Source: a virus
Taxonomy: Duplodnaviria; Caudoviricetes
DNA: 25,871 bases
Direction: 5' to 3' (one strand)
IMG/VR virus record: IMGVR_UViG_3300027798_000198
Span: 1 to 25,871 of that record
The notes under the pieces were generated by a model. That model did no database searches. It saw only the letters and a list, made by a program, of their open reading frames with translations, and was not told the DNA's origin. The translations under genes were made by a program, and so were the position numbers. Shown piece after piece: positions 16,588 to 23,638 of this stretch; positions within the stretch are counted from its first letter, which is position 1; each line of letters opens with the position of its first letter.

Positions 16588-16770
16588 TTTACTTACCTTC
16601 CTTTAAACATTCATTGCAAATTGGTAAATAACCATGCCTAACAATTAAAGCAGTAACTGCTTGATTACCACATGGGTTCATAATGTTTTTCTGGCATTTT
16701 TGCTCAATGATTTCATCATAGAAATCCATAAAAGAAAAATCCTTTTGTTTCATTTACTTACCTTCCTTTA
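16588..16770. repeat. 18-bp exact direct repeat flanking one small gene
   Basis: TTTACTTACCTTCCTTTA at 16588-16605 and 16753-16770. On the minus strand it encodes KEGK-stop plus the RBS of the next gene. Confidence 0.85.
16589..16753 (-). CDS. Small Cys-containing protein (54 aa)
   Basis: MKQKDFSFMDFYDEIIEQKCQKNIMNPCGNQAV...LPICNECLKEGK. Confidence 0.65.
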   Translation of the reverse strand: MKQKDFSFMDFYDEIIEQKCQKNIMNPCGNQAVTALIVRHGYLPICNECLKEGK

Positions 16771-16918
16771 GGTAACAATTATCCATTGAGCCGAAGCAGT
16801 AGCCGTCGGCGGTGTAGTTAATATGAGTTGCCAAGAAATAAATCGTGGCCAGCATTAGTAGCCAGAAACTTATCCTGGCTACCTTGCGAACTTGCAGATA
16901 CTTTTTAGAGCGCTGCAT
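16754..16918 (-). CDS. Small single-pass membrane protein (54 aa)
   Basis: MQRSKKYLQVRKVARISFWLLMLATIYFLA...YCFGSMDNCYLKEGK. TAATG coupling. Confidence 0.7.
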   Translation of the reverse strand: MQRSKKYLQVRKVARISFWLLMLATIYFLATHINYTADGYCFGSMDNCYLKEGK

Positions 16919-17253
16919 TAGAATTTTCCCAAACAATCATCTCCCCAAATTTCCCATGCTTTGGCACGGGCTTGGTCTAAAACATCGCTTGTTGGTTTCA
17001 TTAAATTATTAAATGATTCCATTACTGCATTATATTCTTGTTCGAATTCCGCTTGAATTTTTGCAATTGCCTCATCACGCTTTTTTTCTAAAGCATCAAT
17101 AACACTATCTCGTGGTGGGCAAAAACTATCTAATGCTTTTACCCAAGCATTATATTCAGATGCAACCATTTCATCTTTTGCTATCCACGCTTTATTTATT
17201 CTGCGTGTGCGTGCTGCTTTTTCTGCTGGTGTTAAATTTGTTGCTGTATTCAT
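16918..17253 (-). CDS. Hypothetical helical protein (111 aa)
   Basis: MNTATNLTPAEKAARTRR... after leader AAAAGGAAGGCACCAAATG. Confidence 0.75.
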   Translation of the reverse strand: MNTATNLTPAEKAARTRRINKAWIAKDEMVASEYNAWVKALDSFCPPRDSVIDALEKKRDEAIAKIQAEFEQEYNAVMESFNNLMKPTSDVLDQARAKAWEIWGDDCLGKF

Positions 17254-17300
17254 TTGGTGCCTTCCTTTTATTGGATTACCTTTTGCAACCCATTGAGATA

Positions 17301-17360
17301 AATGTATAGACAATTGACTATCGGGTCAAGTACCTGCAAATCCAACCCCTCAGCGTGTCG
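17301..17360 (-). promoter_or_regulatory. Sigma70/SigA-type promoter with operator and upstream CGACACGC box (copy 2)
   Basis: TTGACC (17329-17324), 17 bp, TACATT (17306-17301). Near-palindrome ATAGACAATTGACTAT. GCGTGTCG 17353-17360. Confidence 0.8.
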
Positions 17361-17442
17361 GCCCACTTGCCCCCGCAAAAGTCAGTTATGTGTGCCACAC
17401 TTACGCCTAAGCCCAAACCTGGGCGTTAAAAGGGGGTAAGGA

Positions 17443-17595
17443 ATGGAAATAGCAATAATGATAGGTGCAGCAGGTTTAGCCCTAGTAGGGGCTTCTCTTG
17501 CCAGCATCCTGACCAATGGCACCGATGATTGGGCAGGTCAGGTAAAAAAGGCAGAACGCAGCCGCGCCAAGATGAAAAAGGCGTTAAGCAAATGA
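17443..17595 (+). CDS. Small membrane-anchored protein (50 aa)
   Basis: MEIAIMIGAAGLALVGASLASILT...KKALSK, AGGGGG RBS, ATGA overlap with the next gene. Not in the ORF track. Confidence 0.65.
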   Translation: MEIAIMIGAAGLALVGASLASILTNGTDDWAGQVKKAERSRAKMKKALSK

Positions 17596-17924
17596 GTGAT
17601 AACTGGAGTGAGATTTTTAGAATCTTTATTTCTAATGATGGCTCCTACTATTTGTATTTAGAGGAGCGGGAAGCCTGCGTTGATTTGATTGAAAATATCA
17701 GCGATGAAATTGAACTCAGTGATTTTGCCGAAATTAAAAAGGCATCCAAGGCTGATCTGCGTGATGATTTTGCAACAATGCGATTGGATAATGTTCGCAA
17801 GAATTTACCGCCAATGGCATTAAAGGTTGCAAAACTTACTGAGAGAGAGTTGCTCGATTTAGCCCAGGAGATAATTCAAACAGTTCAAGATAAAAACAAA
17901 ATCCGATTGGAGATTGTTAAGTAA
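17592..17924 (+). CDS. Hypothetical protein (110 aa)
   Basis: ATGA-coupled start MSDNWSEIF, TAATG coupling downstream. Confidence 0.7.
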   Translation: MSDNWSEIFRIFISNDGSYYLYLEEREACVDLIENISDEIELSDFAEIKKASKADLRDDFATMRLDNVRKNLPPMALKVAKLTERELLDLAQEIIQTVQDKNKIRLEIVK

Positions 17925-18271
17925 TGGCTAACCCAAATGGTAGAAAGGGTGCTGCTTTTGAAACGGCAGTTCTAAGATTCTTTCGCGCTGCTGGTGTTGT
18001 AGCAGAGCGTTTGACCAAGGCGGGCGCAAGAGATGAAGGCGATTTAGTTGTAATCATTTCTGGTGCTACCTATATTTTAGAACTTAAGAATCGAAAGAAG
18101 TTAGACCTACCTATCTTTTGGGCTGAAGCACAAATTGAGGCTGAGAATTATGCAAGAGCAAGAAATTTAGATTTTATTCCCCCTGCTTATGTGATTGTTA
18201 AACGGCGCAATGCAGGTATCGAAAAATCTTGGGTGATTCAAGATTTAACTCAATGGCTTTCTGATAAATGA
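17924..18271 (+). CDS. Holliday junction resolvase, PD-(D/E)XK (Hjc-like)
   Basis: RKGAAFE, RDEGDL, ILELKNRK. Confidence 0.8.
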   Translation: MANPNGRKGAAFETAVLRFFRAAGVVAERLTKAGARDEGDLVVIISGATYILELKNRKKLDLPIFWAEAQIEAENYARARNLDFIPPAYVIVKRRNAGIEKSWVIQDLTQWLSDK

Positions 18272-18744
18272 GGCCCATTGACTTCCTATCTGATTCCCCC
18301 AAATTTTCCAATGCGCTTTGTGCAAAATTGGAAAACAAAGACTATTTCTTTCCTGATGGAAAGATACTTGAGGCAGAGCGCCTCCCAGAGTTGCAATCGA
18401 TTTGTAACATCTGCATACATAGAAAGGAATGCTTGGAGTACGCGATAAAGGAGAAAATCCGATTCGGCATTTGGGGTGGAACTACTGGCGAGATGCGTAG
18501 GAGATTATTTAAAAAACAATCTCTGTTCGTGGAACGCAAGGGTAAAGCCAAAACTGTTCGTAAAATGCACGATGAAGGAAGTACTCCTCAACACATAGCA
18601 TCATTTCTGCAAGTGAATCTGCCTTATGTAAAGGAGATGATTCGCAGGTATGAAAAGGTGAAAATGAAAGGAGCAATCCAATCAAACCTGAATATAGAAA
18701 AGTTAGCCAAAGAATTGCGCTCATCATCGGGGTTAGCGCAATGA
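18268..18744 (+). CDS. whiB: WhiB-family Fe-S transcription factor with C-terminal HTH-like extension
   Basis: C...YFFP...CNIC..RKECLEYA...FGIWGGTT: four Cys plus the GIWGG turn. Confidence 0.9.
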   Translation: MRPIDFLSDSPKFSNALCAKLENKDYFFPDGKILEAERLPELQSICNICIHRKECLEYAIKEKIRFGIWGGTTGEMRRRLFKKQSLFVERKGKAKTVRKMHDEGSTPQHIASFLQVNLPYVKEMIRRYEKVKMKGAIQSNLNIEKLAKELRSSSGLAQ

Positions 18745-19106
18745 CTTCTTTATTAGTTCAAGCAGTTGCACCAGATCGGGTTAGCCCACTATCTACTCAG
18801 CCTAAAATGCTGATTAATCAAGTGGATGCTAGAGATTTGGCAAAGGAACTATTGAACAATAAAGATTTCAAATGTTGGGATCAACTAATGACTAAAGAAA
18901 GCCATTGGAACGATACCAAGAATCCAATTAGTTCAGCCGAAGGAATTGGCCAATTACTGGATGGAACTATGGAGAATCTTGGGATGAAACGCTCAGATGC
19001 TCCAGCAGCGCAAATGGTTGCAGCCCTTGCCTATCTTGGGCGGCATTATGGTTCAGGCGGTGCTTGCAAAGCCTGGAATCATTGGTTAAAGCACAAATAC
19101 TGGTAA
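18741..19106 (+). CDS. Lytic transglycosylase (SLT/lysozyme-like); possible upstream non-AUG start at 18681
   Basis: CWDQLMTKESHWN (catalytic Glu), AEGIGQLL, Q...L.Y...HYG...CKAWNHW. Confidence 0.75.
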   Translation: MTSLLVQAVAPDRVSPLSTQPKMLINQVDARDLAKELLNNKDFKCWDQLMTKESHWNDTKNPISSAEGIGQLLDGTMENLGMKRSDAPAAQMVAALAYLGRHYGSGGACKAWNHWLKHKYW

Positions 19107-19126
19107 ACAAATAAGGGGGTAAATCA

Positions 19127-19447
19127 GTGAGTGTAGAAATTGAAAAAGGTGTTGTTGATTTTGATAACAACGCCGCTGCTTGGCTAGAGAACTATAAAAA
19201 TGCTCTAGCCAAGATCAAAGAATGGCAAGAGGTAGCAGATGTAGCCAGAGCGCACATCGAGCAATCTCTTGGCGATGCTGAAGTTGGTATGTATCAAAAT
19301 CGGCCAGTAGTTCGATGGAGTTTTATCGAAACTAGGCGTTTTGATATAAAGCGTGCTAAGGAAATTTTACCTGCGCAGGTTTTAGATACCTTAGAAGTTA
19401 TTTCAAACTCTCGGCGTTTCTCAATCGTGGAGCAAGATAATGAGTAG
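19127..19447 (+). CDS. Hypothetical protein (106 aa)
   Basis: AAGGGGGT RBS, GTG start, coiled coil plus beta region ending SRRFSIV. Confidence 0.75.
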   Translation: MSVEIEKGVVDFDNNAAAWLENYKNALAKIKEWQEVADVARAHIEQSLGDAEVGMYQNRPVVRWSFIETRRFDIKRAKEILPAQVLDTLEVISNSRRFSIVEQDNE

Positions 19448-19529
19448 TATCATTCCTGCTCCAACGATTGATACACCGCCATTTAATCCAATTACACCAG
19501 ATGAATATGATGATGAGGATGATGAATAA
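19440..19529 (+). CDS. 29-aa Pro-rich/acidic peptide
   Basis: MSSIIPAPTIDTPPFNPITPDEYDDEDDE overlaps both neighbours by 8 nt. Confidence 0.5.
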   Translation: MSSIIPAPTIDTPPFNPITPDEYDDEDDE

Positions 19530-20259
19530 CTTAGTAGCACCAAATAAACCAAGCAAGCAAATGGCAATGGATATTGCAAAAATCATTACCGATGCTGGCA
19601 CTTGGACACCTAGAAGCAAGCAAGTATCTATTGGCCCATCTGAAATCGGCCACGAATGCTTGCGCCGTTTAGCCTATAAGTTAATTGATATTCCAAAGGC
19701 TAATGAAGGCTCTAGTGGTAATTGGGCTGCTCAAGTTGGAACTGCAATTCATTCTCACTTAGCGGAAATATTTGAAAAAGTTGAAGGTTTTCAAGTCGAA
19801 CAAAAAGTTACGATCAGAGGCGGATTATCTGGCACCATTGATTTATATGATGAAGTTCGTGGAATCGTAATGGATTGGAAAACAACAGGTGCTAGTGGAT
19901 TAAAAGAACGCCGCAGCAGTGGCGCTACCACTCAGCAACAAATCCAAGTTCAATTATATGGTTATGGCTTAGCCCAGATGGGCGCAGTTGTAAATAAAGT
20001 TGCTTTAATCTATTTACCAACATCAGGTGGAATAGATGATATGCACATTGAACTTTATGATTATGATGAAAAGATTGCTTTGGCGGCCCTTGAGCGATTA
20101 GATAATTTATATGCGCTGCTTACATCAATTGATGTTGAGCAGTTTCCGTCGATGTGGGCAGTTATACCAAAGGTGAGCAGCCGCCTTTGTAATTACTGCC
20201 CATATTTCCAACCATTTAGTAAAGATGAATCAGTTGCTTGCGCTGGAGATACTGCATGA
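19522..20259 (+). CDS. Cas4-like/RecB-family PD-(D/E)XK exonuclease
   Basis: GPSEIGHECLRR, GTAIH, GTIDLYD, MDWKT, QVQLYG, CNYCPY...C (1+3 Cys). Confidence 0.85.
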   Translation: MNNLVAPNKPSKQMAMDIAKIITDAGTWTPRSKQVSIGPSEIGHECLRRLAYKLIDIPKANEGSSGNWAAQVGTAIHSHLAEIFEKVEGFQVEQKVTIRGGLSGTIDLYDEVRGIVMDWKTTGASGLKERRSSGATTQQQIQVQLYGYGLAQMGAVVNKVALIYLPTSGGIDDMHIELYDYDEKIALAALERLDNLYALLTSIDVEQFPSMWAVIPKVSSRLCNYCPYFQPFSKDESVACAGDTA

Positions 20260-20384
20260 GTCTTGATGAAGCAACTATAAATGATTTAAAAAAGTTGAAG
20301 GAGGAGTTAGAATCAAATCTAATTCATCAACAACAAATGCAACACCCAATCCAAACCACAAACCAAACAGAAAAGGGGGAATGA
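20256..20384 (+). CDS. Small hypothetical protein (42 aa)
   Basis: MSLDEATINDLKKLKEELESN..., ATGA overlaps at both ends, GGAG RBS. Confidence 0.55.
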   Translation: MSLDEATINDLKKLKEELESNLIHQQQMQHPIQTTNQTEKGE

Positions 20385-20845
20385 GAATGACCTTCTCACC
20401 ACCATCAATGAGTGAAAGCGGCCCAAAGGTTGCTGATCTAGCAGGACAATTACTAATCATTACTCCAACTGATTACAAAGTCGGCATTAAAACAATTCAT
20501 GGCGACGCTGAAGCAGTTGAAGTATCTTTAGTTAATCTTGATACCAATAAATCTTACGATAGCGTTTTATTTTTTAATGTTGCACTACGCAACTCTCTGA
20601 AGCAAAAGATCGGCCAGAAGGTTCTAGCCCGCATTGGGCAGGGAACTGCAAAGCCTGGTAAATCTGCGCCTTGGATTTTATTAGATGCAACCACTGATGC
20701 TGCTGCTCTTGCTAAAGCAAATGCTTATTTAGGAACAGCCTCGGCTCCTGCCCCTGCGGTAGCAACGGCAGTGCCTGCGGCGAACGGCACCATCACACCT
20801 GAAGTTGCAGCCTTACTGGCACAATTAGGGGCTAAACCAGTTTAA
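20381..20845 (+). CDS. Putative ssDNA-binding protein (start 20381 or 20387)
   Basis: Beta-rich core (GQLLIITP, VLARIGQGTAKPGKSAPWIL), Ala/Pro tail, next to the exonuclease. Function inferred from context. Confidence 0.5.
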   Translation: MRMTFSPPSMSESGPKVADLAGQLLIITPTDYKVGIKTIHGDAEAVEVSLVNLDTNKSYDSVLFFNVALRNSLKQKIGQKVLARIGQGTAKPGKSAPWILLDATTDAAALAKANAYLGTASAPAPAVATAVPAANGTITPEVAALLAQLGAKPV

Positions 20846-20850
20846 AACAT

Positions 20851-20886
20851 TCTTGGCAATTTTAACCTTCCTTTTAATTGCCAAGA
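20851..20886 (+). other. Stem-loop after the putative SSB gene
   Basis: TCTTGGCAATT / AATTGCCAAGA 11-bp inverted repeat, pyrimidine-rich loop, no U-tract after the stem. Confidence 0.6.
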
Positions 20887-20888
20887 TA

Positions 20889-20943
20889 GCAAGCGCCTGG
20901 CGGCTTTCCTGGGGGAAAAGTTGGTTCGATTCCAACGCTTGCA
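20889..20943 (+). ncRNA. Minimal tRNA-like element (acceptor stem plus T arm, no proper D arm)
   Basis: GCAAGC 20889-20894 / GCTTGC 20937-20942. T arm GTTGG-TTCGATT-CCAAC 20920-20936. Small TTTCC/GGAAA hairpin between. Confidence 0.55.
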
Positions 20944-20974
20944 CTACACAAACTTTGATTGGTGGGTGAGATAA

Positions 20975-21142
20975 ATGCGTGATGGCAGTTGCATCCACAT
21001 CTTTAGCATCATTAACAAAAATACCTGCGATCTTTGTAATCAGCCAACAAATGAAATAAATTGGCAGAAACAAAATGAGATGAAAGAGGAGTGGCATAAA
21101 GATAATCCTGATGCAAAATATGGCGGATGGGTGAGTATATGA
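20975..21142 (+). CDS. Small hypothetical protein (55 aa, CxH...CxxC)
   Basis: MRDGSCIHIF...TCDLCNQPTNEINW...GGWVSI, ATGA overlap. Confidence 0.6.
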   Translation: MRDGSCIHIFSIINKNTCDLCNQPTNEINWQKQNEMKEEWHKDNPDAKYGGWVSI

Positions 21143-21240
21143 ACGAAGGAACAGGATTTAGCGAAACTTGGCTAGATGATGATGATTTTAAATATGGATC
21201 AGGTACCACGCTGGTACCATTTTTTTCTAGGGGGCGCTGA
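21139..21240 (+). CDS. Small acidic peptide (33 aa)
   Basis: MNEGTGFSETWLDDDDFKYG..., coupled at both ends. Confidence 0.45.
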   Translation: MNEGTGFSETWLDDDDFKYGSGTTLVPFFSRGR

Positions 21241-21380
21241 TGATAAAATTTAGATTACCTTTTTACTTCGAACAAACAGGCAAGCCCTACATCTTATTAA
21301 ATTGTTATCACTGTTCTAAACCACTTTTTATTGCTAAAGATAATATTCGCAGCAATAACTATTGCGGTACTTGCAAATGA
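21240..21380 (+). CDS. Small Zn-ribbon protein (46 aa)
   Basis: MIKFRLPF...NCYHCSK...YCGTCK, AGGGGG RBS, ATGA overlap with the primase gene. Confidence 0.65.
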   Translation: MIKFRLPFYFEQTGKPYILLNCYHCSKPLFIAKDNIRSNNYCGTCK

Positions 21381-23452
21381 ACGATATTTACCTATCAGCG
21401 CTGCAATTAGCCAAAGAAGGAATCTCAGTAGTTCCTGTTTCACTCGATGGTTCCAAAAAGCCTGCGCCATTTACTTGGCGCAAATATCAAGAGGAACGCC
21501 CTACAACTCAAGAGTTAGTTGATTGGTTTAGTAAAGGAACTCAGCAAGGTGTCGGCGCTATCTGCGGAGCAGTATCAGGTAACTTAGAGATGTTAGAACT
21601 TGAAGGTAGAGCAGTAGCAGCCCAAATTCACATTCAGGCAAAAGATATGGCAGAAAACTCAGGGCTAGGTGAGATTTGGCAAAAGATTCAAGATGGCTAT
21701 TGCGAAGTTACACCATCGGGTGGAATCCATTGGCTATACCGAATTAAAGATGGATTAGTTCCTGGCAATCAAAAACTTGCAAGGCGGCCAGGTGAAAACG
21801 GCGGCGTTGATGTACTTTGTGAAACTAGAGGTGAAGGTGGCTTTGTAATCCTGGCTCCATCAGCAGGTTCCTGCCATCCATCAGGTGAGCCTTGGAAAAT
21901 GTTAAGCGGCTCAATTGCAACAATTCCTACTATTACACTCGCAGAGCGTGAAGCCCTGTTTTCAATCTTTAAATGCTTTGATGAGATGCCAAAGGTTGAA
22001 AACATTGCGCAAGAAATTAAAAGCCGAGAGGTCAATCTTTCCTTACCAGGAGATGATTACAACTCTAAAGTTTCTTGGGATCAAATTCTTACACCCCTTG
22101 GCTGGTCAAAGGTTTACACTAAGAATGATGCAACAGCCTGGCGCCGCCCAGGAAAAGATGAAGGCATCTCAGCAACAACAAACTTTAATGGCAAAGATAA
22201 TTTGTATGTTTTCACTACATCAACAATATTTGAATCAGAGCATTCCTATTCTAAGTTCGCAGCCTACGCAACATTAGAACACAATGGCGATTTCAAGGCT
22301 GCTGCATCTGCCTTGCGAAGCCAGGGCTACGGCAAGCCAATAGAACTTAACACTCTTGCAAACTTACAAACTCACTCACCATCCCTAGTTACCTTGCGGG
22401 ATGAGAATGAGGAGGTAACAACCTCAACTTGGATTCCAGATTTTATTAACGCCGACAATATTTTTGATGAACCAGAGCCATCAATTCTTGCTCGCCTTGA
22501 TGGGCATTGTATTTTCTACGCTGGCAAGATCAACGCACTATTTGGTGAATCTGAATCAGGCAAAACTTGGGTAGCACTTGAGGCAGTTCGCCAAGAGTTA
22601 GATAAAGGCAACACTGTTTTTTATTTAGACTTCGAGGATTCAGTTCGAGGAATCTATAATCGCCTAAAGACGCTAGGGGCTGATTTAAGACACTTTAAAA
22701 GTTTTCTGTATAGTAACCCTACTGAAGCGCTAACGGCAGGTGCTAGGGAGGCTTTGCTGACCAAAATCGATGAGTATAAACCCTCTCTTATCGTTGTTGA
22801 TGGAGTAAACGCTGCAATGAACATAATGGGATTAGATTTAGAAAAGAACAAAGATGCCACCTCATTTAGCCAAGAGGTACTGCGCCCGCTGCGATTGCAT
22901 AATGCAGCGATCATTACAATCGATCATGTTACTAAATCTAAAGATAATCGTGGAAATTACGCGATCGGCGCCCAAGCAAAGCGTGCTGATATTGATGGTT
23001 GCGCAGTAGCAGTTGAGGTTGAGATTGCATTTGGCAGAGGCATTGACGGCGCCCTAGCGCTAAAGGTTACTAAGGATCGCCCTGGCTATGTCAGGGCCAT
23101 TTGCCAGGAGGGTAAGAACCTTGGCGTTGCAAATATCAAGGCACTGGCAACTGGAAATATAAAGATAACTATTGAAGGTGCCACCGCCGAGGTTATGAAT
23201 ATCGAAAAGAAAATGGAGCAGGTTTCAACCTTTATGGCAGAGCATGGGGTTGAGATGGGTAAAAATGAGATTGCAACTAGATTGCGAAAAGATGGGCATT
23301 CTATTGGCAATGATAATATGAAAGTAATTTTAGAATCCTTGGTAAATCGTAGGTGCCTATCGGTTCGCAGGGTTGGCCAGAAGTCTTTGTATCAATATGA
23401 AATGCAATATTTGGCCAATGATTTAAAGAGTTTGCCTGTGGATAACTTATGA
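21377..23452 (+). CDS. Bifunctional primase-polymerase (Prim-Pol) fused to an AAA/RepA-like helicase
   Basis: GISVVPV..DGSKKP, TPSGGIHWLY, ETRGEGGFVILAPS. Walker A GESESGKT, YLDFED, Walker B IVVDG, IDHVTK, KDRPG. Confidence 0.9.
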   Translation: MNDIYLSALQLAKEGISVVPVSLDGSKKPAPFTWRKYQEERPTTQELVDWFSKGTQQGVGAICGAVSGNLEMLELEGRAVAAQIHIQAKDMAENSGLGEIWQKIQDGYCEVTPSGGIHWLYRIKDGLVPGNQKLARRPGENGGVDVLCETRGEGGFVILAPSAGSCHPSGEPWKMLSGSIATIPTITLAEREALFSIFKCFDEMPKVENIAQEIKSREVNLSLPGDDYNSKVSWDQILTPLGWSKVYTKNDATAWRRPGKDEGISATTNFNGKDNLYVFTTSTIFESEHSYSKFAAYATLEHNGDFKAAASALRSQGYGKPIELNTLANLQTHSPSLVTLRDENEEVTTSTWIPDFINADNIFDEPEPSILARLDGHCIFYAGKINALFGESESGKTWVALEAVRQELDKGNTVFYLDFEDSVRGIYNRLKTLGADLRHFKSFLYSNPTEALTAGAREALLTKIDEYKPSLIVVDGVNAAMNIMGLDLEKNKDATSFSQEVLRPLRLHNAAIITIDHVTKSKDNRGNYAIGAQAKRADIDGCAVAVEVEIAFGRGIDGALALKVTKDRPGYVRAICQEGKNLGVANIKALATGNIKITIEGATAEVMNIEKKMEQVSTFMAEHGVEMGKNEIATRLRKDGHSIGNDNMKVILESLVNRRCLSVRRVGQKSLYQYEMQYLANDLKSLPVDNL

Positions 23453-23638
23453 AAAACAACCGATCCGCCGATCCGCAACCGATCCGCCGAACCTGCGGAT
23501 TCCTGCCATATAACCGATCCGCGCCTTCCCCCCCTTATAGGGGGGAGGCGGATCGGTGGTTCGGTATGCGTAGAGGATCGGTGCTATGAACTATTTAGAC
23601 TTTAAACCTATAAATTGCAGAGCCTGTGGAAAACTTAT
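23434..23638. repeat. Putative replication origin: CCGATCCGC iterons, C/G hairpin, flanking DnaA-box repeats
   Basis: CCGATCCGC at 23460, 23468, 23479, 23514, inverted at 23548-23556. C-tract-TTATA-G-tract hairpin. GCCTGTGGA(T/A)AACTTAT at 23434-23450 and 23622-23638. Confidence 0.7.

Noticed and set aside
15567-17313. Shared KGRHQM peptide in three minus-strand track ORFs as a protein motif
   Set aside because: It is the translated RBS/leader repeat. The true starts are at the final Met.
19468-19521. Poly-Met N-terminus of the exonuclease in the track
   Set aside because: Artefact of GAT repeats encoding the acidic tail of the overlapping upstream peptide.
19522-20259. Cas4-like gene as evidence of a CRISPR-Cas system
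   Set aside because: No array or other cas genes. Solo Cas4-like exonucleases are common phage recombination proteins.
20889-20943. Functional tRNA-Pro(GGG)
   Set aside because: Too short, no D arm, imperfect anticodon stem and only a 6-bp acceptor stem. Kept only as tRNA-like.
23460-23581. Repeats as a CRISPR array
   Set aside because: Units are 9 bp, overlapping or irregularly spaced and partly inverted, with no spacers.
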